Positions 24,985 through 35,548 of a DNA stretch of 64,000 nt are shown in pieces. The stretch covers positions 32,001-96,000 of IMG/VR virus record IMGVR_UViG_3300031992_000016, one strand, 5' to 3'. Every line of letters begins with the position of its first letter. Position 1 is the stretch's first letter. The translations under genes and the position numbers were made by a program. A model generated the notes under the pieces. That model saw only the letters and a list, made by a program, of their open reading frames with translations. It was not told the DNA's origin and made no database searches. Source of the stretch: a virus. Lineage: Duplodnaviria; Caudoviricetes.

Positions 24985-27325
24985 AGAAGTAGAACAATCC
25001 TTCCTTGATTATTCTATGTCAGTTATCACAGATCGTGCAATTCCAGCGGCAGAGGATGGTTTAAAACCTGTTCAACGTCGTATCTTATGGGGAATGCTTG
25101 AAGGTGGTTTTAAATCTGATAAACCTACTGTTAAGTGCGCTCGGCCTGTTGGTGATGTCATGGGTAAGTATCATCCTCATGGTGACTCATCTATTTATGG
25201 CGCTCTTGTTACGATGTCTCAACCTTGGACAATGCGGTATCCGCTGATTGATTTCCAGGGTAATAATGGCAGTAGAGATGGTGATAACCCTGCCGCATAT
25301 CGTTATACTGAGTGTCGTTTGTCAAAAGTAAGTGAAGCAACCCTTGAACACATCAAAGATGATGCTGTTGATTGGGTTGATAACTTTGATGAAACAGAAA
25401 AAGAACCAGTATATTTGCCTGGTAAATTCCCAAACTTAATGTGTAATGGTACTACTGGTATTGCGGTTGCTATGGCATGTAATTTTGCACCACATAATTT
25501 AAAAGAAATTATGGATGCCGCAATTTGGGTCGAAGAAAATGGCAAAGAGAATGTTATCGCAGATGATTTAATGCAATTCGTTAAAGGTCCAGATTTCCCA
25601 ACTGGTGGTATTATTGTTAATCAAAAGGAATTGAAAAGCGTATATAGCACTGGTAAGGGAAGAGTGCGACTTCGCGGCGAATATACAATCGAAAATAAAA
25701 ATGGATATGAAACGATTGTATTTACATCTATTCCATATAAAGTATCAAAAGAACAACTGAGTAGTGAAATTGATGCCTTGTGCGAAGAAGGTAAATTAAC
25801 TGGTATTTCTGAAATTCGTGATGAAACAAATAAAAAAGGTGTTCGTTTTGTTATCGAATGTAATAAAGGTATTAGCGGAGATGTAATTGCTAAAAAATTA
25901 TATTCTTTAACAGACTTAGAGACAGTATTCAGCGTTAATAATGTAGCACTTGTCAATCATAAACCGCAGCAACTTACTCTTTATCAGATGATTAAGGTGT
26001 ATCTTGATCATCAGCGTGATGTGTTTATTAGAATGACACAGCATGAATACAATGAATTACAAATCAAGATTGAAGTTCTTAATGGTTTAATTAGAGCGAA
26101 TGAAGATATTGATAATGTAATTCAGTTGATTAAGAAGAGTAAAGATAAAACTGATGCACGAAATAAGTTAATTGAAAAATATCAGTTGAGTGCGCGGCAG
26201 GCAGATGCTATTTTGGATATGAAACTTAGCAGACTGTCTCAAATGGAAACGATGGATTTGTTAAATGACCGTGCTGAAAAAGAAAAAAGATGTTTATATC
26301 TTAACGAGATTTTAACAAATGATAGCTTTGCAAGCGCACAATTGGTATTGTCATTAAAAGCATTTAGAGATAAATTTGCTGATGAAAGACGAACCAAAAT
26401 CATTCAAGTAAATGAAGACCCAGAAGAAAAAGAAATTGAAGGTATCCAGCCAGAAGATTGCGTTGTTTGTGTAACGGAAAACGGCAATGTAAAAAGAGTT
26501 CCAAGCGCGAGTTTCAGAGCACAACGTCGTAATGGCAAAGGCGTAAGAACACAAGACGATATTAGTGTTATGACTTTGCGCACTAATACAATAGATGCGT
26601 TACTTATCTTCTCATCTTATGGTAAAGTATATCGTCTGCCAGTAATTGATATTCCTGTTGGTAATAATGTCGCGCGAGGAGTAAATGTAGCAACATTGGT
26701 GCCGATGGAGCAAGGTGAAAAATTTGTAACTGTCGCATCTGTTGATCATGGTGATAAAACTAGTTTTGTATGGTTCTTAACTGCAAATGGTTTGATTAAG
26801 AAAACACCTATTAGTGAATATCTTAATATTAAGCGTAAAACTGGCATTGTAGCAACTACACTTCGTGAAAATGATCATTTGGTTAAAGTCTTTATTACAG
26901 ATAATCATCCAATTTTGATTGTGACAAAAGAAGGTAAGGCAATTAAAATTGATGGTACAGAGGTTGCTCCATCGTCAAGAATATCTTCTGGTGTTAAAGG
27001 TATTGGATTAAATGAAACTGACAAGTGCGTAACAATGATACCTTTGACCAAAAGTCAAGTAATTATTTTCACAAAAACTGGTGGAGCAAAACGGATGGAT
27101 GCAACCGAATTTGTGATGCAACATCGTGGTGGAAAAGGTATTATTTGCTTAAAGAATGAAGAAATTGTTGATATACTTGGTGTCGAGGAAGATAGTAATG
27201 TACTGATAACTGGTTCTGCGCAGGCGATATGCATTGCTGTAAATGATATTCCAAAAGCAAGTCGTACCGCAGGTATAGTAAAAGTAATTAAAAACAGTGA
27301 TATAGTATCAACTGCGAGAGTTTAA
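24953..27325 (+). CDS. gyrA: type IIA topoisomerase subunit A (GyrA/ParC-like)
   Basis: DGLKPVQRR, YHPHGD, AAYRYTE, QRRNGKG GyrA-box-like; beta-pinwheel C-terminal domain. Confidence 0.92.
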   Translation: MENIIQTPIIEEVEQSFLDYSMSVITDRAIPAAEDGLKPVQRRILWGMLEGGFKSDKPTVKCARPVGDVMGKYHPHGDSSIYGALVTMSQPWTMRYPLIDFQGNNGSRDGDNPAAYRYTECRLSKVSEATLEHIKDDAVDWVDNFDETEKEPVYLPGKFPNLMCNGTTGIAVAMACNFAPHNLKEIMDAAIWVEENGKENVIADDLMQFVKGPDFPTGGIIVNQKELKSVYSTGKGRVRLRGEYTIENKNGYETIVFTSIPYKVSKEQLSSEIDALCEEGKLTGISEIRDETNKKGVRFVIECNKGISGDVIAKKLYSLTDLETVFSVNNVALVNHKPQQLTLYQMIKVYLDHQRDVFIRMTQHEYNELQIKIEVLNGLIRANEDIDNVIQLIKKSKDKTDARNKLIEKYQLSARQADAILDMKLSRLSQMETMDLLNDRAEKEKRCLYLNEILTNDSFASAQLVLSLKAFRDKFADERRTKIIQVNEDPEEKEIEGIQPEDCVVCVTENGNVKRVPSASFRAQRRNGKGVRTQDDISVMTLRTNTIDALLIFSSYGKVYRLPVIDIPVGNNVARGVNVATLVPMEQGEKFVTVASVDHGDKTSFVWFLTANGLIKKTPISEYLNIKRKTGIVATTLRENDHLVKVFITDNHPILIVTKEGKAIKIDGTEVAPSSRISSGVKGIGLNETDKCVTMIPLTKSQVIIFTKTGGAKRMDATEFVMQHRGGKGIICLKNEEIVDILGVEEDSNVLITGSAQAICIAVNDIPKASRTAGIVKVIKNSDIVSTARV

Positions 27326-27412
27326 AAATAAATATTAATTATAGGAACCCATATTGGGATTATAATCAAATTACATTAGAAAACATAATGTCTGATAAAT
27401 GGTTAATAAAGG

Positions 27413-28576
27413 ATGAGTAAAATGCTTTGTATTGAACCTATGAAAATCAATAAAATCCCAGAAGGTAAAGAAGATCTTCTACCATCTATTTGTGCATCTG
27501 GTGAATATTTTGCACAAATTAAAAAGGATGGCTATTGGTATCAATTTGAAAAACAAGAAGGCGTGGCTTATCTTTGGAGTCGCACAACTTCAAAAGTAAC
27601 AGGAACACTTGCTGAAAAAGGCGCCAATGTTCCTCATATTATGGAGATTCTCGCGCCGCTTCCAGCTGGCACAGTTATTATTGGTGAAATCTATTATCCT
27701 GGTAAAGAATCAAAAGATGTAACACCAATAATGGGAGCATTACCTGAGAAAGCGGTTGAACGGCAGCAAGGTGAATATGGTCCATTACATTATTATATTC
27801 ACGATATGATTTATTATAATGGACGTAATCTTATGGATGTCGGTGCGGCAGTGCGCTATGATTTACTTAAAAAGGTTTATGAAAAATATCGTCTTGGCGA
27901 TTTTGAAGTAAATGATGAGCAGATTATTGAATTAGCAGAGCGCTTTGATGATGATATTTTAAATAAAATTAATGAAGTGCTTGCCGCGGGTGAAGAAGGT
28001 ATGGTTCTTAAAAAGAAGACTGCCCCATATACGCCTGGTAAGCGACCTGCATGGGATACAATTAAAGTTAAAAAGACCGATGGTTGTGATGCCATTCTTA
28101 TGGGCTTTAATGCGCCAACAGTAGTATATGATGGAAAATTGGACATTGGAGAAAATTATACTGGCGCAGATGCTGATAATTGGTCTTATTGGGCAACGTT
28201 TGAATTGACAAATGCTGATACAACAAAATTGATTGAGCGTAAGCCTATTGGTGACAGGTCTATTGAATTAGAAGAAAAACAAGTAATTTATCCTGTTACA
28301 AAAGCATTTTACTATGGATGGCCAACAGCAATTAAGATTGGTGCATATGATAAGGATAATAAAGTTGTACAAATTGGCACCGTATCTTCCGGCTTAACCG
28401 AAGAATTAATGCAAGATTTTGTGCAACATCCATTTAAATATCTTAATACTGTTGTAGAATTGCGCGGAATGGAAAAACATAATGAAGACCACACACTGCG
28501 GCACTTCTATTTTAAAGGTTTCCGTGATGATAAAGATCCAACTGAATGTACTATTGATTCAATTTTTGGAGGTTAA
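27413..28576 (+). CDS. ATP-dependent DNA ligase
   Basis: KKDG motif I, GEIY, EGMVLK, Y.PGKR, OB-domain GTVSSG...LRH. Confidence 0.85.
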   Translation: MSKMLCIEPMKINKIPEGKEDLLPSICASGEYFAQIKKDGYWYQFEKQEGVAYLWSRTTSKVTGTLAEKGANVPHIMEILAPLPAGTVIIGEIYYPGKESKDVTPIMGALPEKAVERQQGEYGPLHYYIHDMIYYNGRNLMDVGAAVRYDLLKKVYEKYRLGDFEVNDEQIIELAERFDDDILNKINEVLAAGEEGMVLKKKTAPYTPGKRPAWDTIKVKKTDGCDAILMGFNAPTVVYDGKLDIGENYTGADADNWSYWATFELTNADTTKLIERKPIGDRSIELEEKQVIYPVTKAFYYGWPTAIKIGAYDKDNKVVQIGTVSSGLTEELMQDFVQHPFKYLNTVVELRGMEKHNEDHTLRHFYFKGFRDDKDPTECTIDSIFGG

Positions 28577-28577
28577 G

Positions 28578-28742
28578 ATGTATATTATTGTATGGCAGGA
28601 TGAATTTGAGCATATAATTATTGATACCCATGCTCCTGTCTTTGATGATTATTATCTCGCAGTTGATTATGTTTCACGCAAAAATGAAAAATTTGCCGAA
28701 TCATCTTATTATCACAAGCGTTGGATTTATGAGGTCAAATAA
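28578..28742 (+). CDS. small hypothetical protein
   Basis: GGAGG RBS. Confidence 0.55.
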   Translation: MYIIVWQDEFEHIIIDTHAPVFDDYYLAVDYVSRKNEKFAESSYYHKRWIYEVK

Positions 28743-28749
28743 AAAATAA

Positions 28750-28778
28750 TTGACTTTATAAAAAATTTTTGATATAAT
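28750..28778 (+). promoter_or_regulatory. sigma-A-type promoter
   Basis: TTGACT-17-TGaTATAAT. Confidence 0.8.
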
Positions 28779-28811
28779 ATATATGAAGATAAGGAAAGGA
28801 AGAAAAAAATC

Positions 28812-29012
28812 GTGACTAAGAAACAACGCAAGCGCTTGGCACAACAGTTGGCTGAACTTGAACATATCATCCAGACTAGTGAAGATCGAAACGCAGTAAG
28901 AGATGCGCAAGAGCGTATGATGCAAATGCAAGAGGCCGCAGATATGAATACGGAAGATATGTGCGCGGTTGATGAAATGGTCCAGGATATTTTACAAACC
29001 TTGACTTATTAA
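28812..29012 (+). CDS. hypothetical protein
   Basis: GTG start after AGGA RBS. Confidence 0.65.
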   Translation: MTKKQRKRLAQQLAELEHIIQTSEDRNAVRDAQERMMQMQEAADMNTEDMCAVDEMVQDILQTLTY

Positions 29013-29029
29013 AAAATTTTTGGTATAAT
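29001..29029 (+). promoter_or_regulatory. sigma-A-type promoter
   Basis: TTGACT-17-TGgTATAAT. Confidence 0.8.
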
Positions 29030-29134
29030 AAATGTAGTTAATAATTGAGGGGCAAAAAAATCCACCCGTCAGATTATTATAAATACTATAAAAAATAGTG
29101 GTAAAACCACAGGAAAAAAAGGAGAAATGTTGTT

Positions 29135-29413
29135 ATGGCTATGAGTGAGAATTCTAAGAAGGTTATTACGTATCTGCAGGGTCTGGATAAGAACGCTAAT
29201 GTGACTGCCGGTGATGTGGCAGACGCTCTGGGCCTTGAAAAGCGCAGTGTTGATGGTGTCTTTACTTCCGCTATTCAGCGCAAGCATCTTGGTGAGCGCG
29301 TTGAAGCTGAAATTGAATTGGACGATGGCACCCACAAGAAGGTTAAGTTCCTGCACTTGAACGCTGATGGTTATGCGTTTGATCCTAACGCTGAGCCAGT
29401 TGCGGCTGAATAA
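29135..29413 (+). CDS. winged-helix DNA-binding protein
   Basis: VTAGDVADALGLEKRSV HTH plus wing. Confidence 0.7.
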   Translation: MAMSENSKKVITYLQGLDKNANVTAGDVADALGLEKRSVDGVFTSAIQRKHLGERVEAEIELDDGTHKKVKFLHLNADGYAFDPNAEPVAAE

Positions 29414-29469
29414 TTTAGTGTAATTAGTTAGGGGAGACGATACTACATTGTCTCCCCTATTTTACTCGA

Positions 29470-30477
29470 ATGGTTTAGATTGTTATATCTGTTATTGCCG
29501 CAATTTTAATTCTGGCCGCGATTATAATTGATTCTAAATTATCTCAATAGCGCAAGGATTTAGTGCAGGAAATCACAGAATTAAAAACGCGCACAGAAGA
29601 ATTAGTTAAAACTCGTGATGAATTGTAGGATGCAAATGAAAAATTAATGCACACCCGCAATGAAAATGAGCAATATATCGGATGGCAAGAATCAAAAATT
29701 GCATCTACAAAGACATCTATTGAAGTGATGCAATTAGCTGTAAAAAATGCTGAAAAAGGTGCTAATCTTCGTATCGAGGAATTAAAAAAACAAATAGAAA
29801 AAGAATATGATTATGCTAAATTTGAAGCCAAGGAAGATTATCTTAAATTACAAGAAACACTAAGTCAAGATACTCAAAAGCAATTAGAAACAGATTTACA
29901 AAAATTACAAGAAGTAAATGATAATATAAATACGCAACAAGCTATTTTAGATGCTTTGCGCTCAAAGGCCATCGCGGCACGTAATATTAACATTGCAAGA
30001 GAAAAAGAAAAAGATGGAATTGCATTTTATCAGTTGCAATTAACGCCAGAAGCAAAGCATGATAGTGAAGTAATGCGTTCTTTTGAATATCAATTAAGTC
30101 GTCCTGATGTAATTAATAAACTTATTTGGAAAGTGTTTTATGAAAAACCATATACTAGTTTAGTCGGTCGAGTATTAGGCACTGCTACACATACTGGTGT
30201 TTATAAAATTACTGAATTAGAAAGCGGTAAAGTATATGTTGGTCAAGCAGTCGATGTTGCAGAAAGATGGCGTCAGCATATCAAGCGCGGCTTAGGCGCA
30301 GAACCAGTAACACAAAATAAGTTATATCCTGCTATGCACAAATTAGGTCCAGAGAATTTCACTTTTGAATTAATCGAAGATTGTCCAAGAGAAGAATTAA
30401 ATGAGCGTGAGCGCTATTGGATTGATTTTTATGGCGGGAAAGAATTTGGATATAATGTTACCGGAGGCAACAAATGA
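29470..30477 (+). CDS. GIY-YIG nuclease with N-terminal TM helix and coiled coil (3 TAG)
   Basis: GVYKIT...VYVGQA...RWRQH...LNERERYWI...GYN; TM segment reachable only through TAG at codon 3. Confidence 0.8.
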
Positions 30478-30758
30478 AAAGAATTATTGATACACGCGGC
30501 ACAGGAAAAACATATAGACTATTGGAACACGCGCAAGCAGTTGGCGGTATTGTTGTATGTAGTCATCCAGAAGGTATGAAAGTTAAAGCTGAATCATATG
30601 GTTTTGATAATATTACTTGTATGAGTTATGGCGAATATGCCAATGAAAATTTTTTACCTGGTAGCCGTACTCCAATTTTTATTGATGAATTGGAAGCATT
30701 TCTTACGTATAATATTAGTAATTATATAGAAGGCTATACTATTAGTGTTGATTATTGA
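30474..30758 (+). CDS. small P-loop-like protein
   Basis: RGTGKT...IFIDE. Confidence 0.6.
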   Translation: MKRIIDTRGTGKTYRLLEHAQAVGGIVVCSHPEGMKVKAESYGFDNITCMSYGEYANENFLPGSRTPIFIDELEAFLTYNISNYIEGYTISVDY

Positions 30759-30783
30759 CTTTTTTAAAAAAATTTGGTATAAT
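30755..30783 (+). promoter_or_regulatory. sigma-A-type promoter
   Basis: TTGACT-17-TGgTATAAT. Confidence 0.8.
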
Positions 30784-30815
30784 ATATATAGAAAATGAAG
30801 AAAGGGTTTTAAAAA

Positions 30816-31169
30816 ATGTCTAAAAGCGAAGAGTTCTTGAATTTCTGGAATTATTTGGTTCATGATGTAGCAGGTGATATTGATGTGCCTGAGAATGTGC
30901 AGGCATACATTGATGCACTAAGTGGTAATGAGAAAAAGGAGAAACCCTTATTTACCGATAATGGTAAAGTAATTTTGCAATGGTTGCAAGGTGCGCCGGA
31001 CGCTTATTATAAATCAAAAGACATTGCTGAACAAGTTGGTTTGGCATCGAAGTCTGTGGCTGGCGCAATGAGAAAGTTGATTACAGATGGATTTGTTGAA
31101 AAAGTAGGCAAAGATCCAGTACTGTATATGATTACATCAAAAGGAAAAGAAATTAATATTGAGGAGTAA
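30816..31169 (+). CDS. winged-helix protein
   Basis: KDIAEQVGLASKSVAGAMRKLITDGFVEK. Confidence 0.75.
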   Translation: MSKSEEFLNFWNYLVHDVAGDIDVPENVQAYIDALSGNEKKEKPLFTDNGKVILQWLQGAPDAYYKSKDIAEQVGLASKSVAGAMRKLITDGFVEKVGKDPVLYMITSKGKEINIEE

Positions 31170-32125
31170 TGATTATGAAAAAGACAATGAACAATGTGCA
31201 TCTCGAAGGTTATGTGTATGATATTGACATGAAGGAAGCAGTTACTGGTGAAAGATCAAAAGTTCCTGGCACTAAGTATCTGCGCGGCACCATTCAGATT
31301 TGTACTGATGAAGTTGGCGCGAATGTATGCCCAGTTTATATTTCTTATGCTACTCCTGTGACACCGGCTGGTCGTGCAAATGAGACTTATAACATCTTGT
31401 CTAAGCTCATGAGTGGGGAATACTCTACTTGGATGAATGGTGGCAAGGATAATGCCTGCCGTGTTCGTATTGATACTAGCATTGGCGTAAATGATTTTTA
31501 TGCAACTGATGGAACTCTTGTTTCTCAGGTTCGTAATGAGAACGGTTTCCTCCATATTATGACCGAGGATTTCAATGAGGATACCAATCAGCGCGCTTCT
31601 TTCCAGGTTGATACGGTTATTACGAATGTAATTGAGAAGGAAGCAGACCCTGAGAGAGAGATGCCTGCACATGCTTTGATTAAGGGTTATACGTTTAATT
31701 ACAATGGGTCTAAGATTATGCCTGTTGATTTTATGATTACTAAGCCCGATGGTATTCGGTTCTTCCTTAGTATCGGTGCTTCTAATGCTAAGCCTTATTT
31801 CACGAAGTTGAGTGGTCATCAGACTTCTCGTACTGCTCAAATTAAGGTTGAGGAAGAAAGCGCATTTGGTGACCCAATTGTTCGTTTCCGTTCTATTTCT
31901 CGGAAGGCATATGTCGTTGATAGTTGCTTGAAGCAGCCTTATCTGTGGGATGATGCTGAAACGATTACTGCGGCTGAGTTTAAGAGTAAGTTGGCTGACC
32001 GTGATGTTGAGCTTGCTGCTTTAAAGCAGAGTTCAGATGAGTATCGTAAGAACCGTGCGGCTGGTGGTACTGCAACTGCTACAACCACGGCTGCCGCAAG
32101 CACTAATGCACTTTATGATTTTTAA
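31169..32125 (+). CDS. putative single-stranded DNA-binding protein
   Basis: NNVHLEG OB-fold start; flexible tail ending YDF; position before the ATPase and helicase. Confidence 0.6.
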   Translation: MIMKKTMNNVHLEGYVYDIDMKEAVTGERSKVPGTKYLRGTIQICTDEVGANVCPVYISYATPVTPAGRANETYNILSKLMSGEYSTWMNGGKDNACRVRIDTSIGVNDFYATDGTLVSQVRNENGFLHIMTEDFNEDTNQRASFQVDTVITNVIEKEADPEREMPAHALIKGYTFNYNGSKIMPVDFMITKPDGIRFFLSIGASNAKPYFTKLSGHQTSRTAQIKVEEESAFGDPIVRFRSISRKAYVVDSCLKQPYLWDDAETITAAEFKSKLADRDVELAALKQSSDEYRKNRAAGGTATATTTAAASTNALYDF

Positions 32126-32142
32126 TTAAGGAGGGCACATAA

Positions 32143-33147
32143 ATGGCTAATGCATTGCTCTCTATTAAACCCCACGAAGTGTCTAAGGACCTTCGTGGGT
32201 ATAGTGTCCTTTTGTACGGCACACCCAAAAGCGGTAAAACTTCTACCGCAGTTCAGTTCCCTAAACATTTGCTTCTTGCTTTTGAAAAGGGTTATAGCGC
32301 AATTCCCGGCGCGATGGTTCAGCCAATTAACTCTTGGAATGAGTTTAAAGCAACTTTGATTGACCTTCGAGACGAGGATGTTAAAAAGACTTATGAAACC
32401 ATCATTATTGATACAGCGGATATTGCTTATGATTACTGCTGTGAATATGTTGCTAGCTCTTATGATAAAGCATCTATTAGCGAAATCCCTTACGGTAAGG
32501 GATACGAGCTTGTCATGACCGAATTTGATAAAGGTATCCGTAAAATCCTACAAATGGGTTACGGCCTTGTTCTTATCTCTCACGCTCAGGAACGCACTGA
32601 TAAAGATGTTGATGGTTCAGATATTGTGCGGTTGATGCCTACTCTTGATAAACGTGGGCGCTTGATTTGCGAACGTACTTGTGACATTGTTGGTCTTATT
32701 AAGCCTGCTCGTGGAGCAGACGGTATTGTTCGTAGCAGAATGTATATGCGCGAAACACCAGAATATCAGGCCGGTTCTCGTTTCAAGTATATGGTCGATA
32801 GCATTGACCTTAGTTATGATAATCTTGTAAAAGCCATCTCAGATGCTATTGAAAAAGAAGAGCAGATGACTGGTGGAAAATATGTAACTGCAACACGTGA
32901 GCAAGTTTATACTGAGGCTCCTAAGCCCGATGATGAAGATGATTTGCTCGCAGCCCAAGAAGAATTTAAAACTGTTGCTAGTCAGCTATTGACAAAAAAT
33001 CAGGCTAATCGCACCAAGATTGCCGCAGTAATTCTCCAATATCTCGGCAGAGATGAGAGCGGAGCACCGCGGAAAGTCACTGAAACCGAGGTAAAGGATG
33101 TTCCTGCAATTAGACTGATTAATAAAGACCTCGGCAGTTTGCTATAA
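32143..33147 (+). CDS. AAA_24 (Sak4-like) ATPase
   Basis: YGTPKSGKT, FEKG, IIDT, ISHA. Confidence 0.8.
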   Translation: MANALLSIKPHEVSKDLRGYSVLLYGTPKSGKTSTAVQFPKHLLLAFEKGYSAIPGAMVQPINSWNEFKATLIDLRDEDVKKTYETIIIDTADIAYDYCCEYVASSYDKASISEIPYGKGYELVMTEFDKGIRKILQMGYGLVLISHAQERTDKDVDGSDIVRLMPTLDKRGRLICERTCDIVGLIKPARGADGIVRSRMYMRETPEYQAGSRFKYMVDSIDLSYDNLVKAISDAIEKEEQMTGGKYVTATREQVYTEAPKPDDEDDLLAAQEEFKTVASQLLTKNQANRTKIAAVILQYLGRDESGAPRKVTETEVKDVPAIRLINKDLGSLL

Positions 33148-33158
33148 ACAATATTTCA

Positions 33159-33211
33159 AATCAACCGAGACAAAAATCTCGGTTGATTTTTTTCTAAAAT
33201 TATGATATAAT
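33159..33211 (+). promoter_or_regulatory. terminator hairpin fused to sigma-A promoter
   Basis: AATCAACCGAGA-CAAAAA-TCTCGGTTGATT; TTGATT 33183, TATAAT 33206. Confidence 0.8.
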
Positions 33212-33232
33212 ATATATAAGGAAGGTGAGATA

Positions 33233-33757
33233 GTGGCGCATTATGTGCATTGTGTATTTTGTAATGAGCGTTTTGATCGTGATAAAGTGCCATGTGTAGC
33301 AATAAGTCAGCGACGCTATGCTCATACGGATTGTGCAACTGCCGCCGAAGCAGGAAAATCAAAAGAAGAGCATGATTATGATGAATTAGTTGCATATATT
33401 AAGAAATTATTTGATATAACACAATTATCACCAAAGATAAATAAACAAATTCAAGTATATCATGATGAAAATAATTTTTCTTATAGCGGCATCCATAAAT
33501 CATTGGTTTATTTTTATGAAGTAAAAGGTAATTCAATAGCAAAAGCAAATGGCGGTATTGGTATTGTCCCGTATGTATATGATGTGGCAAAACAATATTA
33601 CACTGCAATTTGGATTGCTAATCAGCAAAATAAAGAAAAAGCACAAGCAATTTTACCAGAAATGGTACAGACGAAAACAGTAGTAATTACAATTCCTCGT
33701 CCAGTACCAAAAAAGAAAGCACCATTTAGTTTTTTGGACGAGGAGGCAGTTGAATAA
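33233..33757 (+). CDS. Zn-binding hypothetical protein (possible helicase loader)
   Basis: CVFC...HTDC; coupled to the helicase gene. Confidence 0.65.
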   Translation: MAHYVHCVFCNERFDRDKVPCVAISQRRYAHTDCATAAEAGKSKEEHDYDELVAYIKKLFDITQLSPKINKQIQVYHDENNFSYSGIHKSLVYFYEVKGNSIAKANGGIGIVPYVYDVAKQYYTAIWIANQQNKEKAQAILPEMVQTKTVVITIPRPVPKKKAPFSFLDEEAVE

Positions 33758-35298
33758 TGGCATCTAAATATGTAGATACAACTGCAATTATCCAGGTAAT
33801 TGGTAATATATTTAATAATCCAACATTGTTGGATAATACTGAACAGGAATACAGTTTATCAGAAGCAGACTTCCCAGAAGACTTCCACAAAGTGTTAATC
33901 GGTGCAATTTATAAACTATATACAAGTGGAGTTAATCCTATACGATTAACTGATATAGTAGATTATTTGGAAAGTCGGCCCAAAAGTAAAGCAATTTTTG
34001 AAGTTAATCATGGTGAAGATTATTTGCATCATATCTCTAAAAATGCAAATGCTTTAACATTTAACTATTATTATGCAAGATTAAAAAAATTTTCTCTTTT
34101 AAGAGCGTATGATGATTTGGGTTTTAAATTAGAAGAATATTATGACCCAGACACATTAGATAGTAAGAAAAAAGAAGAACAAGAAGAATGGCTTGATAAT
34201 ACTTCACTTGAAAGAATTGCTGATTGTTTTGAAGCAAAAATTGAGTCCATTCGAGAACAATATACTACTGATACATCTTATAATCATTCATATAGCGCTG
34301 GCGATGGCATTGTTGAATTGATTAAGAAACTGGAAGAGCATCCAGATGTTGGTGTTCCACTGTATGGGCAGTATATATCAACAATAACGAGAGGCGCGCG
34401 ACTTGGAAAATTATACCTTAGATCCGCTCCAACGGGCGTTGGTAAAACTCGTAGTATGGTGGCGGATGCTTGTTATATCGGCTGTAATAAGATATATGAT
34501 AAAGATTTTGGTATGTGGATCAACAACGGACAAGCGCTACCAACAGTGTTTATCGCTACTGAACAGGATAAAGAAGAGATACAGACTTTGATGCTGGCTT
34601 TCTTATCCAGCGTTGATGAAAGACATATCTTAATGGGACAGTATGAAAATGATGAGCGTGAGAGAGTTATGGAAGCGGCAAAAATTATTCAAGAGTCACC
34701 AATGTGGATTGAAGAGCTACCGCAATTCAATTTGCAAGACGTAGAGAATACTGTCAAACGCGCAATTAGAGAACATGATGTAAGATATATCTTTCATGAT
34801 TACATTCATACCAGTTTAAAGATTTTGGAAGAAATTAGTAAGCGCGCTGGTAAAATAGCATTACGTGAAGATAATATTTTGTTTATGTTATCAGCCCGCT
34901 TAAAAGAAATTTGTGAAAAACATAATGTTTTTATGATGACCGCAACACAGTTGAACGGCGATTGGAAAGACAGTAAAACACCTGACCAGAATTTGCTGCG
35001 TGGCGCAAAAGCAATAGCAGATAAGATTGACTATGGTAGTATTTTATTGCCAGTCACAGATGATGATTTAACTAAAATTCAAAGCATTATTGGCGCGAAC
35101 CCACGATGGACCGCGCCGAACCTGAAATTGTCTGTTTATAAAAATAGACGAGGAGAATATAAAAGTGTATTATTGTGGTGTAAAGCTGACTTAGGCACTT
35201 GTCATATCGACCCGATGTTTATGACAGATTATTCATTTAATTTGATTCCTATTGAAGATTTAAAAATTATGTTTGAAGAAGAGGAGCGTGTATTTTAA
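33757..35298 (+). CDS. DnaB-like replicative helicase
   Basis: APTGVGKT, ATE, HDYIH, TATQLN, KNRRG. Confidence 0.85.
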   Translation: MASKYVDTTAIIQVIGNIFNNPTLLDNTEQEYSLSEADFPEDFHKVLIGAIYKLYTSGVNPIRLTDIVDYLESRPKSKAIFEVNHGEDYLHHISKNANALTFNYYYARLKKFSLLRAYDDLGFKLEEYYDPDTLDSKKKEEQEEWLDNTSLERIADCFEAKIESIREQYTTDTSYNHSYSAGDGIVELIKKLEEHPDVGVPLYGQYISTITRGARLGKLYLRSAPTGVGKTRSMVADACYIGCNKIYDKDFGMWINNGQALPTVFIATEQDKEEIQTLMLAFLSSVDERHILMGQYENDERERVMEAAKIIQESPMWIEELPQFNLQDVENTVKRAIREHDVRYIFHDYIHTSLKILEEISKRAGKIALREDNILFMLSARLKEICEKHNVFMMTATQLNGDWKDSKTPDQNLLRGAKAIADKIDYGSILLPVTDDDLTKIQSIIGANPRWTAPNLKLSVYKNRRGEYKSVLLWCKADLGTCHIDPMFMTDYSFNLIPIEDLKIMFEEEERVF

Positions 35299-35300
35299 AA

Positions 35301-35546
35301 ATGGCAACGATTGCGAAAGAATTGGTTTATAGCAAAGGACACAAGAAAGTAATTCGCGGACGTGAATTGCAATATGTGATGCCTCTTGAAGAATATCGTG
35401 CTATCGCTGGTCAGGGACCGAAGAATATGAATTCTCCTGATTATGTGCTGGATTATCTTAATGAAGCTGGTGGCTTTCTTGGAACTGTCACTAAAATCGT
35501 AACAGAAGATACGCCCATCCATATTATTCATAACTTAGAGGAGTAA
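35301..35546 (+). CDS. hypothetical protein
   Basis: Open frame in operon. Confidence 0.6.
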   Translation: MATIAKELVYSKGHKKVIRGRELQYVMPLEEYRAIAGQGPKNMNSPDYVLDYLNEAGGFLGTVTKIVTEDTPIHIIHNLEE

Positions 35547-35548
35547 TT

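Noticed and set aside
29647-30477. GIY-YIG gene as a mobile homing endonuclease
   Set aside because: The nuclease domain is C-terminal to a TM and coiled-coil region, with no intron context
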